DNA from: Phoronis australis
Taxonomy: Eukaryota > Animalia > Phoronida
Assembly (NCBI GenBank): GCA_002633005.1
Contig: NMRA01000168.1
Span: 623,129 to 687,128 of the forward strand
Length of the DNA stretch: 64,000 nucleotides
Direction of reading: 5' to 3'
In this document: positions 40,387 through 53,900 of the stretch, piece by piece
How positions within the stretch are numbered: the stretch's first letter is position 1
Layout: every line of letters starts with the position of its first letter
Notes under the pieces: model-generated
Told to the model about the DNA's origin: nothing
Seen by the model: the letters and a program-made list of their open reading frames with translations, nothing else
Databases searched by the model: none
Translations under genes and position numbers: made by a program

Positions 40387-41669
40387 CATCTGATTCATGT
40401 CATTTCTACAAGATGTTAAGCGCTTAATTTATAACATCAAAAACTGCCACTTGTTGTCACACTTCCATCAGAAATGCCATACAATGAAAGCAATATTGCC
40501 CGCATACTCTTGAGCATGCAAACGTGGACCCATGCTGACCGAAAATTGTCGGAGCTACTTGTACATGTACATGTACAAACCCATCTGTCGTCCACTAGCA
40601 AGAAGCAAAAATATATTTTAGACCACTTATCCTATAAAATCGGTCTCAACTTGCACTGTCTTTTCTCAGGTACAGTGTAATAACAAACTGCCAGCTCTGT
40701 CGAAGCCCTGAAGCACCTGCATTTTACCGTGGAATAACCTTAGAACAATGTCATAACGGAAGTGGTATAAATCAACAGTTGCTTTTGTGATGGAAAGCGG
40801 GCTTACAACAACTTCAAGTCTGGACACGGTTTCTTGCTAAAACGTTTAAAGTTTTCTTTCAACCGACGAATTTACGAGCCATTCCATGATAAAATCAAAC
40901 TAAATAAAATCTTAATCTAATAGTCATATTTAAGATTCATCTCAACTTTTGTATATGTGTCAACAAAATCATCAACTTCGTTTTATTTTTACCTACATGT
41001 ACACGTATACGTTTTTATAGATTCACAGCTTCGAAAACACGCAGATCGCCCTCAGTGAGAGAAAACACATAATGGGATTACAAAGTCACACATAAGAACT
41101 CCCAAATAAAATTATACAGGCAATCTCGTTGCATCCATTAGGTGACAGAGGAGATAATTGTGGAGCATTTTCGTGTAGTGTGGAGGTGGGTGTGCTTATA
41201 CAAATCAGCTTGCGGGGCCTGGGGACATTGAAGGATATACATGTATAGTTGGATTGACCTTGGATGGGAGGTCAACAATAAGAAATCACAAATGGGCTAT
41301 TAGTAGCGTTTTTGGTTTTAAAAAACACAACTAAATTGCCCATTTCACACTCTTAAGTGAATTAATCAGAGCCAAATTGTAAAAAAATTTGATTGATTTA
41401 CAAAAAATGCAGGTTACTTTTGGATTATGGTGTGTGAAGCTTAATCAAATCCTTCAACCTTACAGCTTAATTGCGGTACATGTACTTGTCAAATTCAGAT
41501 TAAACTTGCTAGATTTAACCGTCAACTACCTTACAAGTTTGAAACCCATGCCTTCAATATTCTTTTGAAATTGGTATAGCATTTCCGATGGAAGTGTGAC
41601 AACAAGTGGCAGTTTTTGATGTTAACAATTAAGCGCTTAACATCTTGCAGAAATGACATGATTCAGATG
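40387..41669. mobile_element. Non-autonomous DNA element with about 100-bp TIRs
   Basis: 40387-40486 is a near-exact reverse complement of 41570-41669 (acatcaaaaactgccacttgttgtcacacttccatc). Confidence 0.75.
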
Positions 41670-42184
41670 ACACGATTGTCAGGCACTAAGGTGGACATTA
41701 CAAGGGCACATAAACAGTTACATGTAGCAGTTGACGGGAGGGGAGCGGGCACAGGTTAGATACACTGTACACATGTATGAAAGGTATCCAAGTATCCGAA
41801 ATTCTAAAACTGGTGAAAGAATCATTCGAAAACATGCATCTGACATTGATTCCGAATATAAGTATCTTAGGCCAATTAAATTTCACCATATAAATTTAGT
41901 ATCTCTTCCACCTGAGGAGCCAACACAAGTTGTTTCTTTTGAAAATTGACTTTGTCCCATGTCGTAACAATAGAAACATTTTTGCAGAAAATAGGAAGCC
42001 TTTTGATGGGATTGGTGAGACACAGTTGTAAAAAGCCCAGTTGAATGTTTCATTTGCTTAGTCATAGAGTAAACTGGCAAACTGATGGAAAATGTTATCT
42101 AAAATTACCAGCACTGGCTTCCGGATTAGCTCAAAAGACAAACATGAGTAAAATGTGCCCTCCTTCGGCGCTCCATTCATGATT

Positions 42185-42297
42185 TATATATATATATATA
42201 TATATTACTTAGTATTATATATATATAATATAATACTAAGTAATATATATATATATATACATATAATACTAAGTAATATATATATATATATATATTG
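42185..42297. repeat. (TA)n microsatellite interrupted by TACTAAGTAA / TTACTTAGTA units
   Basis: Direct reading. Confidence 0.9.
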
Positions 42298-43558
42298 CTT
42301 ATTATTTTAGTTTGATAGTATTATTGATATTTCTTTGATAACAAATTGTTTGTGTTTATACCTTATAACTTATTTTGACTGTCAGCTGAGTCAGGAACCC
42401 ATCCGGTACGTCCACACATGTTTTGATGATCTCTGTAGTAAACAAGATGGTGTAATGGTCATTCACAGAATCATAGCCTAAATACAGCTGACCATTACCA
42501 TATATGGCAAATACAGATTAGTTCTGACGATTGTTGTGAAAGTTCTTAGAGTTGTTTACTGTTATTTCCTGTGGAACCTTGAATCATGAAATTTAGTACC
42601 TGCAACCCACACATTTGTAACTTGTATATAAATCCGTTCACTTCTCTAATAAAGAAAGTCCTCATCATTGTCTAATAATGACAGTCCTCATCTTGCTACT
42701 GCCAGTTTCTTTTATTATTGTAAATGAGTGTTCCACACTTAGTTACTGAATACAACCATCCCACTGACGGACCGGGACAGTCCACACAAAACACAACGCT
42801 GTTACTAAGTCGAATTATTATACCACATGTACATTGTTTGGTGCCGTGGCCTGGATCAAATTTTTGATGGCAAATTCAATTTCGGAAGCTAGTATGAAAG
42901 AAAAAACACAAGTTTTAGTCCACGCTAGCTTGGTTTATTTCGGCCAGTGTTTTATTGCCTTGGAGTCGCTGCTAATGCAGTAATTGCCGTGGTCCACACA
43001 CAATGAGCAAAACCAAAGATGCCAACGGGCTCTGTCTACCACCTTAGTTACGAACGACAATTTCTTAAAGATGTGATGCAAGGAAATAAATGCCCGCATT
43101 TGTTTTCGGGCAGATTGACAGGTTTTGCCAATGCAACAGCAAAATATGGCCTTTGAGAAGGGCGAGCCAATAGTTTCAAAAGTAGTGGCATATCAACGTG
43201 TTTTATACACCTTAAATGTTAATTTGATGCCAAACCTGCCTGAAATAGTGGTGTTAACTGCATATCAAACCGTATATACCTAAAAATGGGATGCCTAGCT
43301 GGGGAAATAAAACATATTCTTAAAGTGTAAATTGCAAGGTCTCAACCAATCTGAACAACAATATGCTCTAAATTCGTGTTTATAATTATCCTTGCTATAT
43401 TCTTAACATTAACTGAATTGTACGTCGCTATAAAAAGTTATTTACATATTTGTTGCCGTGGCGTTGTAACGCCATTGTTGTAACGGAAAATAGAAACGGC
43501 GCCATTTTCCTTCGTTACACATCTGTGACGTGGTGTTGGGGAACACAAAGAAAACAAT

Positions 43559-45356
43559 ATGGATCCCAGTGAGTACAGCAGCGTAGATGAAGAATATTTT
43601 GAAAGATACAGGGAGGGTCAGGTGGAGTTTTCAGACGATTCTGACGTTTCGGATGTGGAGGAGGAGGCGACAGACCCCATAGGAACCGTTGAATTTGTGC
43701 TCACACCTTCTCTCTAGTAGAACCGTTTCCCTTGCTCCGGTTGTCGACGATCCAGCCCCAGCCGGTTCGTGCAGTGAATATCAACGGGCAGAAGGTGCGC
43801 AGGAGTTGCGACAGAATGTTAGTGACTGGTAAGAATATTATAAATATGCATCATACTACCGCGAATTACTACTTGGTCTTTTTTAATTTTAAGTTCAGTA
43901 GCTTTACCGGTCACTCCCAGGCGCTCTCGTCCCCACTGATGAATCATTTTTCAGCCGTGGATAAGTACCAGTTTCAGTGATAAAAAATGGGACTCGTTGC
44001 ACTTACGCAAATCACTCAACAATGTGTGGTCTTTCATTATTTGTAGACAGTGGCGCATTGGTTTGGGCCCCGGACTCTTGTTTGTGAGACTCGGGTTCGA
44101 ATCCTGGCTTTCACTGGCAGACAATTGGGCATTGTACGAAGTTGTCTCCTACTCCCCTGAGCTCAGTCTTACTAGTGAGTGAATAAATGTATGCATGGGA
44201 AAGAATGAGAACCACCTCCCAATACTCAACTGTGTAGTGTAAACAAGAGGAAAAAAGAATTGCAATTTTGCAACTTAGACTTTCTTACCTGGGGGCCGGA
44301 GGGAATTCCATGGGTTATAAAACAGGTCACTTCATTTTCATACTCTAGGGCCAAGTCAACTTGGACCCAGAGCAATGTACACACGTTTTTCTAACCAGGT
44401 TTAGTTTGTGTAAGTCAATGCTTTCATGCCTATGTACCTAATGTTGCTGTTATTTGTGAAAATTGGTACATGGCTTGGGTGCGAGTTGACTTGGGAAGGA
44501 ACCGTCTGGTAAAGTTTCTAAAGAGTATAGAATGCATCGGATATGGAGAAGTTTTTAAAAATGTTTACTGTAATATTCACGATTATTAACAAAACAGACC
44601 CCTCCATCAATGAATCAGGTGTCGGCAAATCAAACTAAGTATGTCCATTCCTATATATATATATATCCCCCAGGCATGATCTGCCACTGCCCTGGGTGTA
44701 TCAGTATTCATTTGTATGAAAAGTATTACTATTTATGTGATGTTCCAAAGCTTGTTTTTTTGGAATTTAGTTTCATTTTTGTTCTGTTTTAAACAGGTCG
44801 CCGCTCAACAATCAGTCTTCTCAAAAACTGAGGTCATTGCAAACCCTCAATTAATTTGGCCGAGACACTCTTGGTAAATCAGTAATTTTTTCAATTAGAC
44901 ATTTTGATGTTTATTAAAGTAATGTATACATATTGTCACATCTTGCAGGTGCACGTGTGACAACTGTCAGACTACTGCAGTCATTGAAGAAAGAGTATGT
45001 TGTCAAGAGGTCAACAAGGTTATTGCTAAACTTGAGGAAGAAATGAAGAGGGACAACTTAAACGAAGAAAAAAATGTATCGTGGACTATGGAAGTTTTCA
45101 ACCTCTGTGCATCAATGGTGATGTTTTGGAGACTGCATGGCTGCAGTATAAAAGCCAATATCCGGATGGCTATGGCGGACCTGTTGATAAAAGGATGCGA
45201 CACATAGCCTACAGACAGTTCCAAAGACGGGTGCATGGTCACCTAGGACGAACTGTCCGTGTTGTAATTCCAGCATGCGCAGTAGCCTGCATCAGAGCTT
45301 TTTACCCTCCACCGGGAAATGAGGAGGAGTTTGAGTTTCAAGGGTTTTCTTATTAG
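43559..45356 (+). pseudogene. KolX-like gene (P2X7 ballast-like Zn-binding protein), 2 exons (43559-43828, 44949-45356), frameshifted
   Basis: Acidic N-terminus MDPSEYSS..; splice TG|gtaag..cag|G gives WCTCDNC...ERVCCQEV...RHIAYRQF..HGHLG..RVVIPACAV..IR..YP; frameshifts near 43715 and in the A-run near 45070. Confidence 0.82.
44045..44230 (+). mobile_element. tRNA-derived SINE in the KolX intron
   Basis: A box TGGCGCATTGG 44051-44061, B box GGTTCGAATCC 44094-44104. Confidence 0.6.
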
Positions 45357-45561
45357 TTTCATTTATGTATATACATATATCGAGTTGTCTTATCCCTGGA
45401 ATGCCAACTCCAGCTCATTACCTAAGTACTGTATTACTAAACTTGTGACTCGGGGAGTAGCCTTATCTACTTTGGACGAGTTGAAATAAGTGACAAGTTC
45501 CATAGAGAGAACAAATATCCTAACAAACGAATGCAATCACAGCGCAAGCTCAGTGGTACAA

Positions 45562-45914
45562 AAATGAAGTTGGCATTCCATGATGGATTTCTGTGTTTTC
45601 AGAATGGTAAACAATTGACAAAGAAAGTAGCATATATTGATGTTCAGGAACTTATAGTGAAATGGTCATGACAAGTGTAATGTTACTAGAACTACATTAT
45701 AAACCTCTAAACTCAACATCAGTTATGGTTTACTTAGTAAATGAAGTTGGCATTCCATGATGGATTTCTGTGTTTTCAGAATGGTAAACAATTGACAAAG
45801 AAAGTAGCATATATCGATGTTCAGGAACTTATAGTGACATGGTCATGACAAGTGTAATGTTACTAGAACTACATTATAAACCTCTAAACTCAACATCAGT
45901 TATGGTTTACTTAG
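45562..45914. repeat. Tandem duplication, 2 x 177 bp, near-identical
   Basis: aaatgaagttggcattcc...tacttag starts at 45562 and at 45739. Confidence 0.92.
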
Positions 45915-46829
45915 GAATTGGTCTCACTGGAGTTGTTAATGAGTTTCAAGTGAACACATTCAACAATACTGCTGTTACATAAAAATCTGGACTATTGTCT
46001 GAGGTAGAGACTGAATCTCCTGCCCTCTTCTTATACAGTAGGACTCGTTACATTGGTAGTGCTTCATTGGAAACTAGAAAGGCTAGCATGCATTAATTCC
46101 TGTAACGCCGCCAAGTAACTTTGACTTCGATGAAATATCTGTCTCACTGGCTCCAACTTACTGAGTTCTACTGTAATTCAACAAGACATTAACTACCATG
46201 ACGTGGCAAAGTACTGAATTTCCACCCAAAAGCTACAGTATGCAATAGCTTCAGATGTCTATGACATGGTATAAAACACACAAAATTATACACATGTATA
46301 GGAAGTGAGAAATCTGGAGAGAGTGCTTGGACCACTCGCAAAAAAACTCGCAAGAAAATGTTAGACAGTGGAGTTGGGATTCACACGTTTACTAATAAGA
46401 CAGCATGTTAAACTTACTATAACCGTCTGTGCTCTTCTGACTGCTGCCATGTATATTTTAATCACTACCAATGTTTTAGGGTTTTTTTTGAAAGCTGTGC
46501 AGATAGCAATGCTAGAGTATTTATAGTACCAGTATTGGAAATCGTGAAACACTTTTGAGCGTGCCATATGGCTGTCCGCTTTGTATAAACCCTGCGACAT
46601 AACATTGAAACATTTCAATGTTACTTCAATATAATGACTATAAATATTGTGGCATAGCTTTTAGGTTTATTTGATTAACAGTAAACTGTTGCCGTTCCAT
46701 ATAATGCATCGGTAAGGGGGCGAAAAGGTACCTGTGTGGGTCGTCAGTCTTTTCGTGCCCCAATATCATTCATTGTCATGTATGTGATGGAAAGAAATAT
46801 CAGTGCTGTCCATTGACAAAACAAGCAGT

Positions 46830-48197
46830 CTAATTGAATTTGTCTGGATATCGGCTCCTCATCCATGCCACGGCCTCCTCCTTGGACACGTCTGGAGCAC
46901 CAGCTCTCAGCATTGGAGGGGCGTCAATTTCCAAACAAATTTCGAGGTCACTGGCTTCTCTTTTATTTCGCAACAAGTGTAACGTATTCTTCCTTACTTC
47001 GTTCACATACTCTGAAAAGCACAACATTTAAAGTAAAAATCATTTTGAATCAATGATTTAAGTTAAACACGACGTCACCTAAGTGCAAGTTTTCGCCTAC
47101 TTTTATAACCTTCAAGCAAAGGCCAAAACCAGAGTTAACCCTGTTTTATTTTTGAAGCAGGTTACTTTAATAATCAAAACCGTGCAACTTAAGTACCATC
47201 GTTAGAACAGTTCAAACTTTTGTCAGCACACCACCATCTATTACTTGGTTGACAAAACCCCACAAAGAACCTCCTGATGCTCAAATACAGTGGTCTCTGA
47301 AGCGCACCATAGCCTCGTAGGGGGCTGGGGGGGGGGGGGCTGTAGTAATAGCCGAGATTACCCGACTCAGGAATCGAACCCACGACCCCCATAAAACCGG
47401 CAAGCGTGCTAACCATTCAGCTAATAGGCAATTTCCCATTAGCGAGTAGCTAACAGAGGCTCATATGATTCACCGGAAGCACATCTACAACAGGGCTATA
47501 GTACATGTATGTAGTTACTTCAGAGCTGGGCCGCCCATCGGCATGGGCGGTGTGCACCATAGGGGGCTGATGGTATTGTCCCCCCAAGTGCTGCTCTCCC
47601 CATAGTACCAGGTGTATATCTCCACTCTAATTTGGCTGAAGACAATGATTCTCAAAAATATGATACCCTAAATGATCCTTACTGACTTCGCGTGACTTGA
47701 CTTTGAGAACCATCAGCAAATGAAATTGCATTGGGTCAACATGATGCTCAACTAGCGCTGCTACACACACAACACCAAGAACAGTTGAATCAACAAATAG
47801 CCTACTGGGCAACATTCCAAAGAAATACCACCGGCAACACTCAGCAATTGTTGACCGCGAGAACTATGGTGATTGCGAAAAAAGATCGTTATAGTTCAAG
47901 CACTGAGAAAGCGTCATGGATATAAGCCATAAATTATGAAGATAACTTACCTTTTCACAAGACCAGCTTCAAACTTCATGATATGTTTGTCGTCGAAGCA
48001 GCCGTCCTCAAAGTGGTCGGAGCATATTTCGGCTCCGACAGACTGGCCGACTCGACAGTCATTTTACAATGACGAGCAGTGCACACGAAAACGTGCCATT
48101 TCGCGGCCAGATGCTTGTCTTTGGGAAACCTAAATAGGGTCACGCCTTCCACCTGGCTGGTGTTAGCACAGTTGGCGCACACACACCGATGTACCAT
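46830..48197 (-). pseudogene. THAP-domain Kolobok transposase remnant (THAP exon 48197-47951, last exon 47011-46830; DDE core missing)
   Basis: MVHRCVCANC..LFRFP..W..[frameshift]..ICSDHFE; donor AG|gtaagt; final exon YVNEVR..PPML..KEEAV..RSRY then stop, resembling Kolobok transposase C-termini. Confidence 0.8.
47341..47492 (-). mobile_element. 152-bp solo-LTR-like element with a tRNA-derived Pol III promoter
   Basis: TGTAGTA..TACAACA termini; 4-bp TSD GGGC at 47337-47340 and 47493-47496; minus-strand A box TAGCTGAATGG (47423-47413) and B box GGTTCGATTCC (47380-47370). Confidence 0.7.
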
Positions 48198-50986
48198 GTC
48201 TAAATCACGCCAAGATTGAACGCTCCTTGTTCGTCTTCCACTGTTTTGTATGGGCGGTAAACTGCATTGTGGGATATTGATCTAGTTTGTGTTCCCCAAC
48301 ACCATGTCACGGTGTCAAAGGTCAACTTTTCGCGGATTTTTTTTAATTTTCGCTTTTTAACGTAACTACAGACACAATAACATGATAATTGTAAGAAGAT
48401 ATATCCAATTAACAATATCTTGAAAATATTATTACAATTTAACATACTTAGACCTTGCAATTTACACTTTAATGAGTTAAAATCTTTAAGTGGATCGTTC
48501 GTCCACGAAAAAACTAGACTTGATTACCTTGGAAGGCTTATTTTCGTGAAAACGACTGCTCAACCTCTTGCTCAAACTTCAAAAAGGATGAGTACTCTGC
48601 GGTTGGTGGCACATGTAAGAATTTCTGAACGACACCCTATTGCACTCCCTTTTTGCGGAGGAGTTCCCCGTACTTACAGACACAAAATTGTGTCAACAAA
48701 ATATTGGTTTCCTACAAATTCCCAGGAATATTTTTCCGAAAACTGAACAATTGACCCAACGGTGTGCAGCATGTTGTTCCTATTACACTGATGTTCATGG
48801 CATAATTCTAGCCAATGCTGTTAGCCTGGGTGAGCTTCCGAAGTGCAACACATCTCTAGGGAGGATAATTTGCACAGCAGCTGTTCCACATGACTGCATT
48901 TATCGCGTTATAAGTTCACCTGTAGCAGTGTCAATGTACACCAATGTGCCTACAGATGAACACCGTATTAACCTTTGACATATTTAAAACGAAACATTTA
49001 GTTTTCAAGTCTATTTTAAGTCGCCGTCATCTGTTTGAGTGAAAAGAAGGGTCACTCGTTTCTAGGAAAGTGGAGCTAAGCCAAAGTTGCTGCCGTTAAG
49101 CGAAGAGTTTTCATACACTGACATTGACATCAACGAAGGCTACCACCTGTTGAAAGAATCTGCTGGTAACTTGGGTAACTACACGGCAGGTGTTATACGT
49201 CTGGCTTGTTCTGAGGAATACATCATGAAGTAAGTTAACATTTCAAATTTAAGTGTAGAAATTGTTTAAGTTCATAATTTCCAGCAAGTTGAATAAGCGG
49301 TTAGCCTGTTACAAAATCGTGTCGTTGTTCAGTTTGATATAGTGTGTTGTAACAATCCTATGTGCATTTTATACTGCGGAAAAATAACAAAATAATTCAA
49401 CAAGAACGGTATTCAAAACCAGTTGTTTAGAAGAGTTTGGTTAAGCAGGGATTTTTTTGTTTAAACTGATTCTTTTCTTAGAAATGTTGAACGGAAACCT
49501 AACCCTGTTTGATGATTTCACTTCTTGTTTTTGCCACCTACATGCATTTTGATTCTACCACTGAAGCCCAACGCCTACTATGTATTAATCTGTATAATAG
49601 GCATTCCACTAGAGTGGTAGAAACAGGATTCAACTGAAAACTCAATGGCGTAATTTGCGTCACAGATGCGATATTATGGTTCATGGTGGGTTGGTGGGTG
49701 GTCTTTCACTACATTTTTCGTGTGACTCTCCTAAAGTGTACGGCAAACGGTTTCTAATTTGTATTTAAGGGTCATCTGTCATTAATTTGAAATGATATAC
49801 TGCAATTTTCCACGGTCTCAGTGCTGAACTATACCAAGTTTGTAGCTTTTGATATTCTTTGTCTATGCCATAGTCCTGAGAAGTTTCTGTTTGGGTATGG
49901 AAATCGGTCTCTATTACGGTGACGTAAGGCTTTGAGACATCGTGTGCGTTGATGAGAAATCTGTCTCAGAAATCAACGTTTCAAGCACACAAAATGTACC
50001 GAAGAACCTTGAAATCAGACTAAATTGTACTATTCAAAGGGTCTCTCTGATGCTGTAGGGTATCCTAAATTTCGTTATTATTTCGTCTCTTCAAGTTGCT
50101 TTAAAACATTTGTTTGCTGACTGAAAACTTTTGTTTTAAACCGATTAACATCAGTACATCGGTCTCGTATTTATTTGTTCTCAAACTATGGAAACGAGAT
50201 GGGTTTGTAAAGAACTGTCAATTCGCTGTTGCCCTAAACCCGCTTAGCCAGTTAGTTTGTTGCGGCCAGATGGGACTCAGTTTTAATTAAGTGACGCATC
50301 TCTTTCCATGTTCAGATATCATTTCTCAACCACTTAAGCCATTGAAAGTTCGCTACTTTGACCACAACGCAAGTTCAGAGTAGCTTTTCAACTTTAAAAT
50401 TACATATTGCAAGACCGGAGTCATAATTATGAAGGACAATAAGAAATACTGAGTTGTTTTCTTAGTTGTCTTCGTCCAAACTTGTACGCTTGTTTAAACT
50501 TCTTCCTAACCTAGAAAACTGCCATGTACAAATATTGTGCAGCTTAAATTTCTTTTGACTTGCTGTGTTTCAATAATAGAACTTGCGAAAGCCTTGGCCA
50601 CGTTTGTGACCTTTTAATACACGCGGACTTTATGCCGGACGGTATCCTCGTCGTTTACTACTTCTTGTATGTCGAATGTGTTTTGGTGCGGCGTACTTTC
50701 GTTGGAAATAAATCGCAGTTTTGTAATAGTGAACTGTGCTACTTGTCCGGTTTACCGGTTATTCGGTTATTTCAAACGAATTAAGTACATGATATTAATC
50801 TATAATATCGGGCATAAAAACAAACTTACGCCACCAGTTCTGCTTTAGACAAATTCTGTTCTTCCCTTTCCGAAAGCTGTCGAATTGCCGGTTTAATTCT
50901 CAACGGACTCACGAGATGTCGATTACAACATGTAGTTCGGCAGCTGCAGGAAAGTCGGCAAGTAAACGAGATGGTCTCGCCTTCTG

Positions 50987-53900
50987 TTGATTGGGATTAC
51001 TTATTCTTGTGTATTATATGCTGTGCTTCATGTCTTAATTTCTCATTCAAGAAATGTAAAGTCTGTTTGGTCCGACGTTCACTCTCTCATATGGGCCGTT
51101 AACGTCTCTTTGGAAAACATAAACTCGGTCTGCGATGCATGGTTGAGCGCCGAAGGCCAAAACAATTCCTACGCAGATAACATTGGTCATTGCCCGTGCA
51201 CAGCTGATGTAGCTAACCTAGGTAAGTAATTTGAAGGGAGTCAACATTATGATTTCAATGGTATCAATTAGCCTGCCGTCAAATAGCTGATTTTTTGTTG
51301 AAGGAGAAGGTCACCAAAAACCACGCATTTTGTATTAATCTAGATAGAGTAGTTCCACTCTACAAAAGCAAGATCAGTTGTTTCATCTGACACAAGACGG
51401 CCTACGGAGATGCTTAGATTAACCATTGACGTCATAGGCTGTAACAAATTGTTTTCAGCAGTTCACAACACGTTTAGTGGTACCAGCTCATCGTTTTACA
51501 CCAATAAATTATCAGACTTCGATGCAAAACCCTTAAAACTTTACTGAGTTTATAAACAAACGAGCTGTTTTATTTCACCCTCACTGATTTATAGAAATTT
51601 TGAATGTGCTGTAGCTTACAATGTTCGGTAACCAAATTTTTGTGTGATAACGAAAATGATTATTTTTCGTTTTACTGTTTCGAATATGTGCGAAGTTTGT
51701 ATACTTGCGGAAGACACACAGTGACTCATGACGGTTAGCATTCATTTTTTTCGTGTTAATCTGCACGAAATTGCAATATGAATAGCCTTGCAATATTCAT
51801 TTTATAGTCGACCGGGTGGGGAACGATTGAAACTCAGAGGTTTTGACTAATCTGGTGCTAGCAAAGAGACGTGCACAAAGTTGGAAGCATACCTGAGTGC
51901 TAAGTTTCTTGCTTCGCGTGATGCATGCACGCTACGCCACGCAACCAAATCAGGACGTGAGGATGGCTTGTTTTTGTCAAATTTGGACTTTTAATATTTT
52001 TCTAGATATCGGTCGCTATCATCCTGATCCGCTTTGTAATTATGACTCCGATCGTCCTGCCAATTGCTACTACCATCATGGGGCTGCTCATTGCGTGAAG
52101 TCAAACAGACCAGCCGAAGAAGGGTAGGCTAGGAAATGTGTACCATTCTGCCTATTTGTGGACTCTTTATTGCAAAAGCCAATGGGAAATTGGATACAAG
52201 ATTAAACATACAGTACTGTACTGTTGCATATAAAAATATACTTAACCTGTGTATTAACGTCGAACGGTACAAGCGTTGATATAACCTATAGAAAATAATT
52301 TCGTAACCTGTTACCTAGAATATTTAAAATGGAATCAACTTGATCTAGATTCTATCAACACTTTTTTCAGCAACCGAATCTATAATCGTTTAAATGTAAT
52401 GTTATCAAATCCTACTGGGCTAGATATCATGGAACGTTCTCAAGATCGGAAATACGTCCAGTATTTTACTAGCCCAAAAGAGCCCCTTGGAATTGAAAGT
52501 CGCGTGCGCATTTGGGGATATTCTTATCGCAAGGTTATAGACTTCCAACTGGAAAATGACTTAAATTCGTATATACAACGATAATCTTTCACATTCGAGG
52601 GGAAAACTGAGGCTAAAAAATTCCCGATTTTCCGGCTTCTTCTTGCGTCTTTGTCTCTCGCCAATCATACCAGATGTATATCAATCGAGGAAACACACTT
52701 CACAGTTCACTTGAATATACATGTATAAAATGACGTAAGTATTAGCCATCAAAGTGAAAATGATTGATATTAATTTGAAAAGAGGGGTGTATTTCTATTT
52801 CCAAAAATGAACTGTTTATGCATTGCTTACATGTAAATGTACACGTCCATGCTGTAAACTATGTATATTTCAAACTAGTGGTCAATGTTAAAAGCCGTTG
52901 TGAACATCTTCATGAAGCTATACCAGCTTGAATATATTTAGTTTCATTGTGTTGTTCACATTAAAAAGTAGCATAGGAATATGTATTTTTCATTTATTTG
53001 CAGGATGAATGGAGGAGAACATTGTTGCTATGACGCCAAGGGTTATTTGTTGGAAATGGAGGTCGACATACCGAGTGGCAAGCGCATAGCGGGACGAACT
53101 AGTCGTTATAACTATCTAGGTAAACGTAATTCGTAACTTTGAGAATCGTTGGAAAGATTTAAAAGAATGTCTACCTTAGAAACACTACGCCGGACGAGTG
53201 AAGTGGCCGACTGAAACGTGTGATTGTTTCTCCTTTAAGACTTCCGATTTACCCAGTTTCATAACCTCTGAAATTGTTAGACTAAATCATGGTAACTGAT
53301 AAAATTTGACCTAATTTTAGCACGCTGTAGCAACATTTTCAGTTAATGGCTGGCATATGTCGAACGTTCGTCCTCTGAGTCCGCTCATAATTTCGGAATA
53401 GAGCAGACGTTAATGCAATAGCTTGTCAGTATTCATTTAAAAAACATGTACATGTACGCATCATCATACAATAACAGTATTATGCACCTTTACTTGACTG
53501 CAATAAGAGTAAAGTATCCGGGTGCAGTGATCTGAACGTGTGCGGAATATGGTGGCGCTAATATCGACAAGTAGCATTTGAATCAAGTTAAAGTACAAAC
53601 AGTAATGCAAAGCCTACGTAGGATAAAGTTCGAATTAGTTTTCAACGTCATAGCTCCTGAATGGCTGATTGGACTCAGTTTGAAACGTTTAATATTGTGC
53701 TTTTGCTTTATTCGCTTACACTTTGTTGGGAAATGCTTTTGATATTTGCGACTTTAGCATGAGGGAATATCAAAATAGGGCTTAGTAACTTTCTTGAACC
53801 AAACATATTCAGCATATACAAGTAAAACAAATGAATTATTTTAAAAACATTACCAGCATTTCGGTTTTTCATTTTGAACATTTACACCATGTTCAGTTAT

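Larger units (their letters stand above)
43324..48468. mobile_element. Kolobok DNA transposon, defective (element A, 5145 bp)
   Basis: Perfect 19-bp TIR AGTGTAAATTGCAAGGTCT; TTAA TSD at 43320-43323 and 48469-48472; convergent KolX-like and THAP-transposase genes. Confidence 0.88.

Noticed and set aside
41731-41949. 72-aa ORF as an isolated exon
   Set aside because: No recognisable domain and no compatible neighbouring exons
44949-45356. P2X7 purinergic receptor gene
   Set aside because: Only the ballast-like domain is present, with no TM or ectodomain exons, and it lies inside TTAA-flanked TIRs, so it is transposon KolX
43324-48468. KolobokP-type composite element with long terminal direct repeats and a His-Me nuclease
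   Set aside because: No long direct repeats at the ends and no His-Me motif seen
51299-53237. Kolobok-like element carrying AMOP exons (aaggagaa ... ttctcctttaa)
   Set aside because: The match is only about 8 bp, the left TTAA is imperfect, and the exons splice with exons outside the interval; probably independent relics
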